Below, in pieces: positions 20,780 through 29,233 of a stretch of DNA of 64,000 nt. The DNA is taken from positions 136,001 to 200,000 of the forward strand of contig CBDCQY010000002.1 of NCBI GenBank assembly GCA_965220855.1, written 5' to 3'. The notes under the pieces were generated by a model. That model searched no databases. It was not told where the DNA came from and was given only the letters and a program-made list of their open reading frames with translations. The stretch comes from Alphaproteobacteria bacterium. GTDB lineage: Bacteria > Pseudomonadota > Alphaproteobacteria > Bin95. The position numbers and the translations under genes were made by a program. How positions within the stretch are numbered: the first letter of the stretch is position 1; each line of letters begins with the position of its first letter.

Positions 20780-23700
20780 TCAGTCCGGCGAGAATAGCGA
20801 CGCGGCCAGGCGGAACGCGTTGCGGCCGATGCGCTCGCCGATCAGGCGGCCCGGAATGTCGTCCGCCGGCGGGTGAATGCCGCCCCAGATGCGCGACAGG
20901 CTGCACTGGTCGGCGGCGTCGCGATAGGTGGCCCATTGCAGGACCATCGGGCGCGAGGGGCCGCGCTCGAAGGTCAGGAAATCGTCCGCCGGAATGCGGA
21001 AGTCGCTCATGCCGCCGGGAAAGAAGGCGTCGCCGGTAAGCGCGGTCAGCACCTCCGCCGCCGCGCGCGAGAAGGTCGAGTGGCCGGAGACATAGCCTGC
21101 GAAAGGCGGCGTCACGAAAGACGGGCGCTGATAGGGCCACCAGTTCTCGGCCAGAATCCAGCCGACGCCGGCCACATCCCGGTCCGGGTCGCGCACGAAT
21201 TGCGGGCCGCGCCAGGCGCGCAGCTTGATCTTGCCGACATGATCGCCGTACTCGCCCGCCAGCGAGTCGCCGGCCTGGATGAGTTCGATCAGGCCCTCCT
21301 CCAGCGCGATGCCGTCGGCGGAGAAGGACGGCAGCGCCGGATCGCTGGACTGCCCGCGCTCCGCCATGACGCGCAGCGCCGAGATCGGCCGCACATAATC
21401 GTACCAGCCCTTGATGCTCCAGGCGGCGATGGCGGCGTCGTGCAGGGCGCCGCCAAGGGCGAAATAGGCCTTCGCGTCCCACTCCAGCGGATCGAGCGCC
21501 GGACCGCGGCCGGCAAAGCGCGGCTCGAACAGCGCATGGTCGCGAACGGCGTTCAGGATCAGGAACCAGTGGCCGGGCGGGGTTTCCGACTCCGGCCCGT
21601 CGGCCCAGAATTCGGCCAGCACGCGGGCATAGTCGCCCCGCGCCGCCAGCTGCGGCCGGTAGGGCCGGCCGGTGGCGGGATTGACCGCATGGCCCGGACC
21701 GAGCGCGCCATCGCGGTAGAACTCGGGATAGTCCCGGAAGGCGCGCGGCAGCGCCCCCAGATTGCCGATGCCCGACGGCGCGATGTCGAGTTGCACGCCA
21801 TCGTCGGGCGAGAGCTGCGCCGACCAGCGGACCACCAGTCCGAAGCCCCAGCGATAGTCCGCCGGAAACGGGCCGCGCAGCCCCGGCGGCGGCCCCGGAT
21901 CGTCATAGACGGTGAAGGAGGCTCCGTCCCGCTCGCGCACCCTCCGGTCCTCGGGAGCGAGCGCGAAGGGCGTGACGCGGCCCCATTCCGGGGTCACGAA
22001 CGGCGGCTCCTCGCCGACCGAAAACCCCGCCTGATCGACCGACTCGGTGAGCGCCAGCGGCTGCCAGCGATCCGGGTGCTCCATGGTGGGATTGCCGGGC
22101 TCCTCCGGCCAGAGCGACTCGTTGACCGGCTTGTAGGCGAGGCTGCGATAGTCCTCGGCCTCATTGGCGCCGTCCTCGAGGCCGCGCTCGATATAGAAGC
22201 GCCCGAGACAGGCGCCGAAGCGCGCGGCGGCGCTTCGCGCCTCGGTGTCATGGCCGAGCGCGGCCATCAGCGTGTCGGCGTTGCGCGCCGTGGCCAAGGC
22301 GCCGGGCGAGGTGCGGAAGCGGTGGCGGATCAGCCGCCAGGCGGCGTGGCTCACCGCCTCCTCCCGCAGCCGGCGAACATCGCCGCCGACCGGCGGCGTC
22401 CCGCAGGGCGCCTCCGCCTCGCCGAACCGCCACGGCCGCGCCGTGTCGGACCAGGCCGCCCAGGCGTCATACATGGCGGCGGAGAGATGGAAGAGATTGC
22501 GGGCGTGGACGGTCGGGCGGGCGAAATCGTCGCGAATCGCCTGGAGCAGCAGCTCGATCCAGCGCCGCGCCACCGAAACGCCCGCCGCCGGCCCCGGCAG
22601 GAAATGGGCAAACGCCATGGCCGGGCCGTCGGGCATGATGGCGACCGTTTCGGGCGCGCGGGCGTCGCGGAAGCGCACGCCGCCCTCGCCGGTCCAGTGG
22701 CTGAAGCGGTAATGTCCGCGCGCCGGCTCGGCCCGGATCGCGACCGCCTCTCCCGGCCGCTTCGCCCCGCTGCCCTGCCCGCGCGCCACGCTCAGCATGA
22801 CGCCCTCGGGCGGCGGGGCGCGAATCGTGAGCCGGCGGTCGAGCGCGACACGGGCCAGCCGTGTGGCCTGCCCGTCGGGCCAGCGCACCTCCACCGAGGC
22901 CGCCTCGTCCGCGCCCAGCCCGAAATGCAGCACCGGCGGCGCCTGCGAGAGATAGGAGCCGCCGAGGCGCATCTCCTGCAGCTGGCTGCCCGACGCCGAG
23001 CGCACCGTCACCCGCGCGCCGATGCCGGCCGGATTGTCGGGGCCGCCGGCGAGCGCGATCGCCAGCCAGCGATTGTCGTTGTCGAGCGCATTGGCGTAGA
23101 CGGTCGGCGCGGCGGCATGGTTGGCGATGAAGATATCGACCCGTCCGTCGCCGTCATGGTCGGCGCAGATCGCGCCCCGGCCCTGGCCGGTGTGGCGGAT
23201 GCCGAGTTCCGCCGCCCGCTCCGTAAAGCCGCCCGCGCCGTCGGACATGAACAGGCGCGAGGGGTCGATGGCGAATTCGCCCTCGCGTTCGGCGTCGCCG
23301 GGGCCGCTGTCGGCGAGGTCGTGGGGCCAGCCATTGGTCAGGAACAGGTCGGCATGGCCGTCATTGTCGAAATCCGCCCAGCAGGCGCCCCAGCCCCAGC
23401 CGCCGTCGCGCACCCCCGCCGGCCCGGTCGCATTCTCGAAGCGCCCGTCGCCGAGATTGCGATAGAGGCGGTTGCCGGTCGAGCCGAAGGAGGAGCTGCC
23501 GTCCGGGTCGTAGATGCTGGTGACGAACCAGTCGATATCGCCGTCCCGGTCATAGTCGCCGGCGGCCGCGCCCATGCCGTTCTCGTCGTCGATGACGGCG
23601 CCGCCAATGTCCCGGAAAGCCGCGCCGGCCTCGTTGCGCAGCACCTGGCTGGTGCCGAAATCGCCCGCCAGCAGCAGGTCCGGGTCGCCGTCGCCGTCGA

Positions 23701-24409
23701 TGTCGGAGAAGATCGGCGTGAAGGAGAATTCGTAACCCAGGATGCTGTCCGGCAGGATGCCCGGCCGGATCTCCAGCAGGTGGCTCGCATCCTCGAAACG
23801 CCCCTTGCCGTCATTGCGCCAGAGCGCGTGCGCCGGCGGGCGCTGGCCGCTCCACACGCGCATCCAGTGCCCGAAGACGAGATCGAGATCGCCGTCGCCG
23901 TCATAGTCGCCGGCCGCCAGCGAGGTCGCGTGCCGGTGGCGCGGAATGCCGAAGCGCTCGCCGGCGTCCTCGAAGCCCCCCTGCTCGTTCTGGCGGAAAA
24001 TCTGCACGCCGGCCTTCTGGATCGAGATGAATTCCGCCCGCCCGTCCCGGTCGAGATCGAGGAAATAGCCCCCGCCATCCATCGCGGCCGGGCGGATGCC
24101 CCGATTGTCGGCGAGGCGAAGAAAGCGCTCGCCGTTCCAGCCGAACAGCCTGCCGGTTTCGCCCGCGCCATGGGCGACATAGAGTTCGAGGCGCCCGTCC
24201 CTGTCGATATCGACCAGCGCCAGCCCGCCATCCTCCGTCCGGAAGTAAATGTCCCCGTCGATCGCGTCGTCGGCGGGCGGCGGCACATGGTAGGCAAGGC
24301 CGAGGCGTTCGGTGACATTCACGAAGGCGCCCTCGGCCGCCGCCCCGCCGGCGAGCAGGCAGGCGAGCGCCGCAAGGCGGAAGATCGAGGGAGGATTTGC
24401 CGTCAGCAT
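20780..24409 (-). CDS. Secreted multidomain protein: N-terminal CRTAC1-family region (FG-GAP/VCBS repeats + UnbV/ASPIC domain), central InlB-B-repeat-like domain, C-terminal vanadium-dependent haloperoxidase / PAP2-superfamily domain
   Basis: Signal peptide MLTANPPSIFRLAALACLLAGGAAAEGA. Repeated DxDGDGxxD FG-GAP motifs. NRWLAIALAGG...GIGARVTVRSASGSQLQEMRLGGSYLSQAPPVLHFGLG matches UnbV_ASPIC. The C-terminal K-x6-RP (KGWYDYVRP), SGH (YVSGHST) and SRxxxGxHxxxD (SRIWGGIHPPADD) motifs, plus the ARRWIELLLQAIRDD helical start, point to a V-haloperoxidase. Confidence 0.8.
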   Translation of the reverse strand: MLTANPPSIFRLAALACLLAGGAAAEGAFVNVTERLGLAYHVPPPADDAIDGDIYFRTEDGGLALVDIDRDGRLELYVAHGAGETGRLFGWNGERFLRLADNRGIRPAAMDGGGYFLDLDRDGRAEFISIQKAGVQIFRQNEQGGFEDAGERFGIPRHRHATSLAAGDYDGDGDLDLVFGHWMRVWSGQRPPAHALWRNDGKGRFEDASHLLEIRPGILPDSILGYEFSFTPIFSDIDGDGDPDLLLAGDFGTSQVLRNEAGAAFRDIGGAVIDDENGMGAAAGDYDRDGDIDWFVTSIYDPDGSSSFGSTGNRLYRNLGDGRFENATGPAGVRDGGWGWGACWADFDNDGHADLFLTNGWPHDLADSGPGDAEREGEFAIDPSRLFMSDGAGGFTERAAELGIRHTGQGRGAICADHDGDGRVDIFIANHAAAPTVYANALDNDNRWLAIALAGGPDNPAGIGARVTVRSASGSQLQEMRLGGSYLSQAPPVLHFGLGADEAASVEVRWPDGQATRLARVALDRRLTIRAPPPEGVMLSVARGQGSGAKRPGEAVAIRAEPARGHYRFSHWTGEGGVRFRDARAPETVAIMPDGPAMAFAHFLPGPAAGVSVARRWIELLLQAIRDDFARPTVHARNLFHLSAAMYDAWAAWSDTARPWRFGEAEAPCGTPPVGGDVRRLREEAVSHAAWRLIRHRFRTSPGALATARNADTLMAALGHDTEARSAAARFGACLGRFYIERGLEDGANEAEDYRSLAYKPVNESLWPEEPGNPTMEHPDRWQPLALTESVDQAGFSVGEEPPFVTPEWGRVTPFALAPEDRRVRERDGASFTVYDDPGPPPGLRGPFPADYRWGFGLVVRWSAQLSPDDGVQLDIAPSGIGNLGALPRAFRDYPEFYRDGALGPGHAVNPATGRPYRPQLAARGDYARVLAEFWADGPESETPPGHWFLILNAVRDHALFEPRFAGRGPALDPLEWDAKAYFALGGALHDAAIAAWSIKGWYDYVRPISALRVMAERGQSSDPALPSFSADGIALEEGLIELIQAGDSLAGEYGDHVGKIKLRAWRGPQFVRDPDRDVAGVGWILAENWWPYQRPSFVTPPFAGYVSGHSTFSRAAAEVLTALTGDAFFPGGMSDFRIPADDFLTFERGPSRPMVLQWATYRDAADQCSLSRIWGGIHPPADDIPGRLIGERIGRNAFRLAASLFSPD

Positions 24410-24511
24410 GCGCCGGCGGTAAGCCGCCCTGTCTCCCGGCAGTCATTCACCTTGCCGGCTTTATCGAGTGCCGCCCCGATCATTGCGGTAACGTCACCTT
24501 TCCGTTGACAC

Positions 24512-25147
24512 TCAACAAGGTTCGACGCTCAACTCCATGGTGCGTGAGAGGCAGAAGTCCAGATCGTCCGCATGGTAGGAGCGCACCTCCATTTCCACAT
24601 TGGCGCTCTCGCCGTCCCGCTCGCAGGACGCCTCGAAACGGCAACCGGGAGACTCGTGTTCGAACTCCCCGGCCGGCAACACCGAGACCGTCGTCAAGTC
24701 GCAGTAATCGTTCGCGGCGCTCGCCTCGAATCCCGTCCGGCATCTGGCTTCCGTGACGAAGGTAGACTTGTCGCAAATCGAATCGTTGATGTTGCAACAA
24801 TAGATGTCCGCAATCGTGTTGGAGGTCGGAAACACCGTTGTGTTTGTGGGCGTCGCTGCGGTCAGGGTCACTCTCTTGGCCGCGCTGCTTTCGTTTTCCA
24901 TGGTATACAGCAGTTCGACGGTCGCATAGTCGGTGCAGACATTCGTGACCGTCACAGTATGAGTTGTAGGCGGCGTGACCTCGCCGCCATTGAGAGTCTG
25001 CGCGACCGACAAGCAGCCAGCATTATCGTGGTGCGTCGCATTGGGGCATTGGGACGAATCTAGCGCCACGGCCGGATACGCCGCCAGTAGGCCCGCCAGC
25101 GCCGTCGTCGCGATGCGCGTCATTGCGCGCGCGATTGCAAATGTCAT
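24512..25147 (-). CDS. Secreted cysteine-rich protein of unknown function (12 Cys; founding copy of a two-member family in this window)
   Basis: The C-terminal 211 aa of ORF 24512..26485(-). Start MTFAIARAMTRIATTALAGLLAAYPAVALD (signal peptide) preceded by an AAGGGGG RBS. An alternative start lies 13 codons upstream. Its G+C is lower than the flanks. It is a clear paralog of the 60646..61218 protein. Confidence 0.65.
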   Translation of the reverse strand: MTFAIARAMTRIATTALAGLLAAYPAVALDSSQCPNATHHDNAGCLSVAQTLNGGEVTPPTTHTVTVTNVCTDYATVELLYTMENESSAAKRVTLTAATPTNTTVFPTSNTIADIYCCNINDSICDKSTFVTEARCRTGFEASAANDYCDLTTVSVLPAGEFEHESPGCRFEASCERDGESANVEMEVRSYHADDLDFCLSRTMELSVEPC

Positions 25148-25189
25148 GATTGCCCCCTTCACGGCTGTTGAATCGGCCTTTCCCATGAA

Positions 25190-25230
25190 CACGATGATGC
25201 CAGCAATCGCCGGACGCGATGTCAAGCGCT
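25190..25230 (-). promoter_or_regulatory. Putative sigma70-type promoter for the Cys-rich protein gene (perfect -35 TTGACA on the minus strand at about 25221-25226, then a weak -10)
   Basis: Minus-strand reading: agcgcTTGACAtcgcgtccggcgattgcTGGCATCAT, about 50 nt upstream of the RBS/ATG at 25147. It lies in the 207-bp divergent intergenic region shared with the tolC operon. Confidence 0.25.
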
Positions 25231-25354
25231 CATGCGCCCTTATGCCGGTCGCACGGGATTTGCGCGTCGCTCGCGCCGTAGCGCGCCAAGGTCTCGCGTC
25301 GGCGCGCGCATCGGTGCTAGGCTGGCCGGAGGCGGGGTTGAGAGACATGAGGGG

Positions 25355-26752
25355 ATGCGGAACGCCGGCGCGCTGATTCTGGGCTTGATGCTGGGCGCGG
25401 TCGCCGCGCCGGCTGCTGGGCAGACGTCGCCCGACTCCGGTCCGGCGGAGATGGTGCTGACGCTGGACGAGACGATTCGGCTGGCGCTGCAGAACAGCCG
25501 CGCCCTCGTCGGCGCGCGGCTGTCGCGGGCCGAGCAGAAATTCTCGCTCGACATCGCCGAGGACCGCTACCGGCCGCAAGCCAGCATCAGCGCCTCCGCC
25601 AACGCCGCCAACCATGGCGACGAGACCGCCGAGGCCTCTTTCGGCCCCACCCTCAGGGTTCCGACCGGCGGCAATTTCAGCTTGAGCCTGGACAAGCCGC
25701 TCGCCGGCGAGCGGGACCGGTCGAGCGCCTACCGGCTGAGCTTCTCGCAACCGCTGCTGCGGGGCTTCGGCCCCGATATCGACACCGCGCCGCTGCGCAA
25801 GGCGCGGATGCAGGAGCGCATCAACGCCAGCTCCTATCGCAACCGCATCGCCGGCGTGGTGATCTCGGTCATCGGCGCCTACCGGTCGGTCGTCCGGGCG
25901 CAGCGCGCCATCACGATCAGTCGCGGCTCGCTGGAGCGCGCCGCGCGGCAGCTGGAGATCAACCGGGCGCTGATTCGCGCCGGGCGCCTGGCGGCGCGAG
26001 AAATCGTGCAGAGCGAGGCGGAGGTCGCCAACCGCGAACTGTCGCTGATCGAAACCGAGAACAGCCTGCAATCGGCCAGATCCTCCCTCATCAACATTCT
26101 CGACATCGACACGCCGACCCGCATCCGCCTGGAGGAGGCGCTCGACGTGGAGCCGCTGCGCCCCGATCTGGAGGAGAGCATCGAGACGGCCTTCGCGCGG
26201 CGCACCGACCATCTGCAGGCGGTGCTCGGCGTCGATCGCGCCCGGATCGACCTCGGCGTCGCGCGGAACGCCCGGCTCTGGGACCTCCGGCTGAACGCCG
26301 GCATGTCGGGCCGCAGCGACGAGGCGCAGATCGACTATCGCGCCGGCCTGAACCTGACCATCCCGCTCACCGACCGGTCGCCCGACCTCGGCCTGCTGCG
26401 GGCGCAGAACGATCTGCGCCGCGCCGAGATGGCGCTCCAGGAGTCGCGCCAGGCGATTCGGATCGAGGTGCGCCAGGCGGTGCACGATGTCGAGGTGGGG
26501 CTGAGGAAGATCGAGCTGGCCCGAAAGTCCCGCGAGCTCGCGGAGCAGAAGCTCGACATCGAGCAGAAGAAGCTGGCCCAGGGGCTGACCTCGACATTCC
26601 GGCTCACACAGGTGGAAGACGATCTCGTTCGGGCGCAGAATGGTGAACTGGACTCCATTCTGTCCTATCTTAACGCCCTGACCTCGCTGGACAGGACGCT
26701 TGGCACCACGCTCGACCGCTGGGGCGTCGATGTCGAGAGGAGCGGGCAGTGA
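25355..26752 (+). CDS. TolC-family outer-membrane efflux/secretion channel
   Basis: Start at M42 of ORF 25232..26752 (MRNAGALILGLMLGAVAAPAAGQ signal peptide). Two-repeat OEP architecture (TIRLALQNSRAL..., ...LYRAQNDLRRAE...). GAGGGG RBS. Confidence 0.85.
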   Translation: MRNAGALILGLMLGAVAAPAAGQTSPDSGPAEMVLTLDETIRLALQNSRALVGARLSRAEQKFSLDIAEDRYRPQASISASANAANHGDETAEASFGPTLRVPTGGNFSLSLDKPLAGERDRSSAYRLSFSQPLLRGFGPDIDTAPLRKARMQERINASSYRNRIAGVVISVIGAYRSVVRAQRAITISRGSLERAARQLEINRALIRAGRLAAREIVQSEAEVANRELSLIETENSLQSARSSLINILDIDTPTRIRLEEALDVEPLRPDLEESIETAFARRTDHLQAVLGVDRARIDLGVARNARLWDLRLNAGMSGRSDEAQIDYRAGLNLTIPLTDRSPDLGLLRAQNDLRRAEMALQESRQAIRIEVRQAVHDVEVGLRKIELARKSRELAEQKLDIEQKKLAQGLTSTFRLTQVEDDLVRAQNGELDSILSYLNALTSLDRTLGTTLDRWGVDVERSGQ

Positions 26753-28524
26753 CCGACGCAGACGCGCCTTTCGACCGCAATATCCTCGACAACCTCCTGG
26801 ACGGGGTGGTGATCGTCGGGCTGGACGGCGTGCTGCGCACCGTCAATCCGGCGGCCGCCGCCATGTTCGGGCTGGAGCCGGAAGCCGTCGCCGGCAGGAC
26901 CTTCGTCGAGGTCTTCATCGCCATCGAGGGCTTCGACGAATTCACCCAGACGGTGCTGGACGCGGTCGCCGACCGCACCGAGGAGGGCCGGCGGGTCATC
27001 GGCGTGCGGCTCGGCGACGAGGACCGGTCGCTCACCGTGACCATCTCCTACATGGAAGCTCCCGACGGCGCCGCCAGCGTCATCGTGGTGCTGAGCGACA
27101 TCACCGAGATTCGCGAGCTGCGCGAGAGCCAGCTGCGCATGGCCCAGGCGATCGAGGAGCAGAACGCCGAACTGCAGCAGGCCTATCGCGACGTCGAGAA
27201 GACCAATGAGGAGCTGACCTCGACCCTGAAGAAAGTGCAGCTCGCGCGCGTGCTGGCGACGGTGGTGGTGATCGTGCTGTTTCTCGGCGTCGGCGGCTGG
27301 GGCTGGGGCGTATCGGGCCTCTTCGACGATTCGGACGATCCCGACCCCCTGCCGGTGGCGGAGGCCGGCGTTCCCGGCGAAGTGCGCACCGTGACGGTGC
27401 GTCCGCGCGCGTTCGACGCCACCGTTTCGCTGATCGGCCGTCTGGCGCCCTGGCGCCAGGTGCAGGTGGTCGCGCCCATCGCCGGCCATGTGCGCGAGGT
27501 GCTGTTCGACTATGGGCAGCAGGTCGCCGAGGGGGACCGGCTGGTGACGCTCGACACGGCGGCGCTCCGGCTCGAATATCAGCAAAGCGAGGTCGATTAT
27601 CGGAAGGCCCAGAACGCGCTCCGCGATATCGACAATTGGGAGAACGGCGCCGAGGTGTCCAATGCGCTGCGCTCCTACACCAAGGCCAAGATGGCGCTCG
27701 ACCAGCAGGACCACAAGCTCAGGACCTCCGCCTTTCTGCTGAAGGAGGGTCTGATCTCGGTCGAGGAGCACGAGGATCTGAAGCTCCGGCACGAGAACCA
27801 GCTGCTCGACTTCGAGGCCATCGAGCAGGATCTGGCGGCGGCTCGCGCCAGGGGCGGCGCCGAGGCGCGGCGGGTGGCGCAGCTGGAGTACGACAAGGCG
27901 GAGAACCGGTTCCGGACCCTGGAGCGCCAGCTGAAGATCGACAAGGTGACGGCGCCGATCGGCGGCGTCGCCCGGCCGCCGGGCCGCCTCGCCGCCGGGC
28001 TGGCCCCCGGCCAGGAGCTCAAGCAGGGCGACGCGCTGCTGCGGATCGCCGACTTCACCCGCATGTCGGTGGAGGCCCAGGTCGATGAGGTGGAGGTCTC
28101 GACCATCCAGGTCGGCCAGCCGGTGACCGTCACCGGCGACGCCTTTCCCGGCTTGCAGATTCCCGGCGCGATCAGCCAGGTCTCCGCCCAGGCGGTCAAG
28201 GCGTCCGGCCGGGGGCCGGCGCGCTTTGCGATCGTCGCCACGCTCGAACCGCTCGAGGACGAGCACAAGCGGCTGGTGCGCGCCGGCATGTCGGCGCGGA
28301 TGCGCATCGTGACCTACAGCAATCCCTCCGCCCTGATGGTGCCGCTCGACGCCGTGGAGGGCGGCGGCGATGGCAAGGCGTGGCTCCGCGTGCGCGACGC
28401 CGCCACCGGCGAGATCGAGGAGCGGGAGGTCCGGGTCGGGCTGACCACGCAGCGCTCCGTGGAGGTGACCGGCGGCCTCGAAAGCGGCGCCGAGGTGGTG
28501 CTGCCGTCGTCGGCGGACGGATAG
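26749..28524 (+). CDS. HlyD-family periplasmic adaptor (membrane fusion protein) with an N-terminal cytoplasmic PAS domain
   Basis: Residues about 10-130 form a PAS fold (ILDNLLDGVVIVGLDGVLRTVNPAAAAMFGL...), followed by a coiled coil, a TM helix (VLATVVVIVLFLGVGGWGWGV), then MFP lipoyl/beta-barrel segments (VTAPIGGV..., QVGQPVTVTGDAFPG...). GTGA overlap with tolC. Confidence 0.8.
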   Translation: MTDADAPFDRNILDNLLDGVVIVGLDGVLRTVNPAAAAMFGLEPEAVAGRTFVEVFIAIEGFDEFTQTVLDAVADRTEEGRRVIGVRLGDEDRSLTVTISYMEAPDGAASVIVVLSDITEIRELRESQLRMAQAIEEQNAELQQAYRDVEKTNEELTSTLKKVQLARVLATVVVIVLFLGVGGWGWGVSGLFDDSDDPDPLPVAEAGVPGEVRTVTVRPRAFDATVSLIGRLAPWRQVQVVAPIAGHVREVLFDYGQQVAEGDRLVTLDTAALRLEYQQSEVDYRKAQNALRDIDNWENGAEVSNALRSYTKAKMALDQQDHKLRTSAFLLKEGLISVEEHEDLKLRHENQLLDFEAIEQDLAAARARGGAEARRVAQLEYDKAENRFRTLERQLKIDKVTAPIGGVARPPGRLAAGLAPGQELKQGDALLRIADFTRMSVEAQVDEVEVSTIQVGQPVTVTGDAFPGLQIPGAISQVSAQAVKASGRGPARFAIVATLEPLEDEHKRLVRAGMSARMRIVTYSNPSALMVPLDAVEGGGDGKAWLRVRDAATGEIEEREVRVGLTTQRSVEVTGGLESGAEVVLPSSADG

Positions 28525-28531
28525 GCGGGCC

Positions 28532-29215
28532 ATGCTGCAACTGGTCGGTATCGAGAAGTCCTTCATGCTGGGCTCGGTGGAGATCAAGGTCCTGCGGGGC
28601 GTCGATCTCGAAGTGGCGGAAGGCGACTTCCTGTCGATCATGGGGCCGTCCGGCAGCGGCAAGTCCACGCTGATGAACATTATCGGGCTGCTCGGCCGCC
28701 CGACCGCCGGCGCCTATCTGCTGCATGGCAGCGATGTGTGGTCGATGAACGACGATCAGCTGTCGGCCTTTCGCAACCGCCAGATCGGCTTCGTGTTCCA
28801 GTCCTTCAACCTGATGCCCTATCTGACGGCGCTGGAGAATGTCGGCCTGTCGCTGGTCTATCGGGGCGTCGGCGCCCGCGAGGCGAAGCGCCGGTCGATG
28901 GCCATGCTGGAAAAGGTCGGCATGGGAGACCGGACCGACCATCTGCCGGGCCAGCTATCGGGCGGCCAGAAGCAGCGGGTGGCGATCGCGCGGGCGTTGG
29001 TGGGGGAGCCGGCGGTGATTCTCGCCGACGAGCCGACCGGCGCGCTCGACACCGCCACGGCGGGCGAGGTGATGGAGCTGCTGATCCGGCTGAATGAGGA
29101 AGAGCGCATCACCATCGTCATCATCACGCACGATTCGGATGTGGCGGCGCAATGCCGGCGCCGGACGCGCATCAATGACGGCATGCTGGTCGAACCGCCG
29201 CCGCGCGCGGCCTGA
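28532..29215 (+). CDS. ABC transporter ATP-binding protein, MacB/LolD (ABC-type antimicrobial peptide) family
   Basis: GPSGSGKST Walker [16 protein letters not shown] signature, [11 protein letters not shown] Walker B. Confidence 0.9.
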   Translation: MLQLVGIEKSFMLGSVEIKVLRGVDLEVAEGDFLSIMGPSGSGKSTLMNIIGLLGRPTAGAYLLHGSDVWSMNDDQLSAFRNRQIGFVFQSFNLMPYLTALENVGLSLVYRGVGAREAKRRSMAMLEKVGMGDRTDHLPGQLSGGQKQRVAIARALVGEPAVILADEPTGALDTATAGEVMELLIRLNEEERITIVIITHDSDVAAQCRRRTRINDGMLVEPPPRAA

Positions 29216-29233
29216 GGCGGGGCGGGCGGCGAG

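Noticed and set aside
20873-24508. 1211-aa plus-strand ORF
   Set aside because: This is the antisense of the 1209-aa CRTAC1-haloperoxidase gene. It has no signal peptide or domain content and a low-complexity R/A/G composition.
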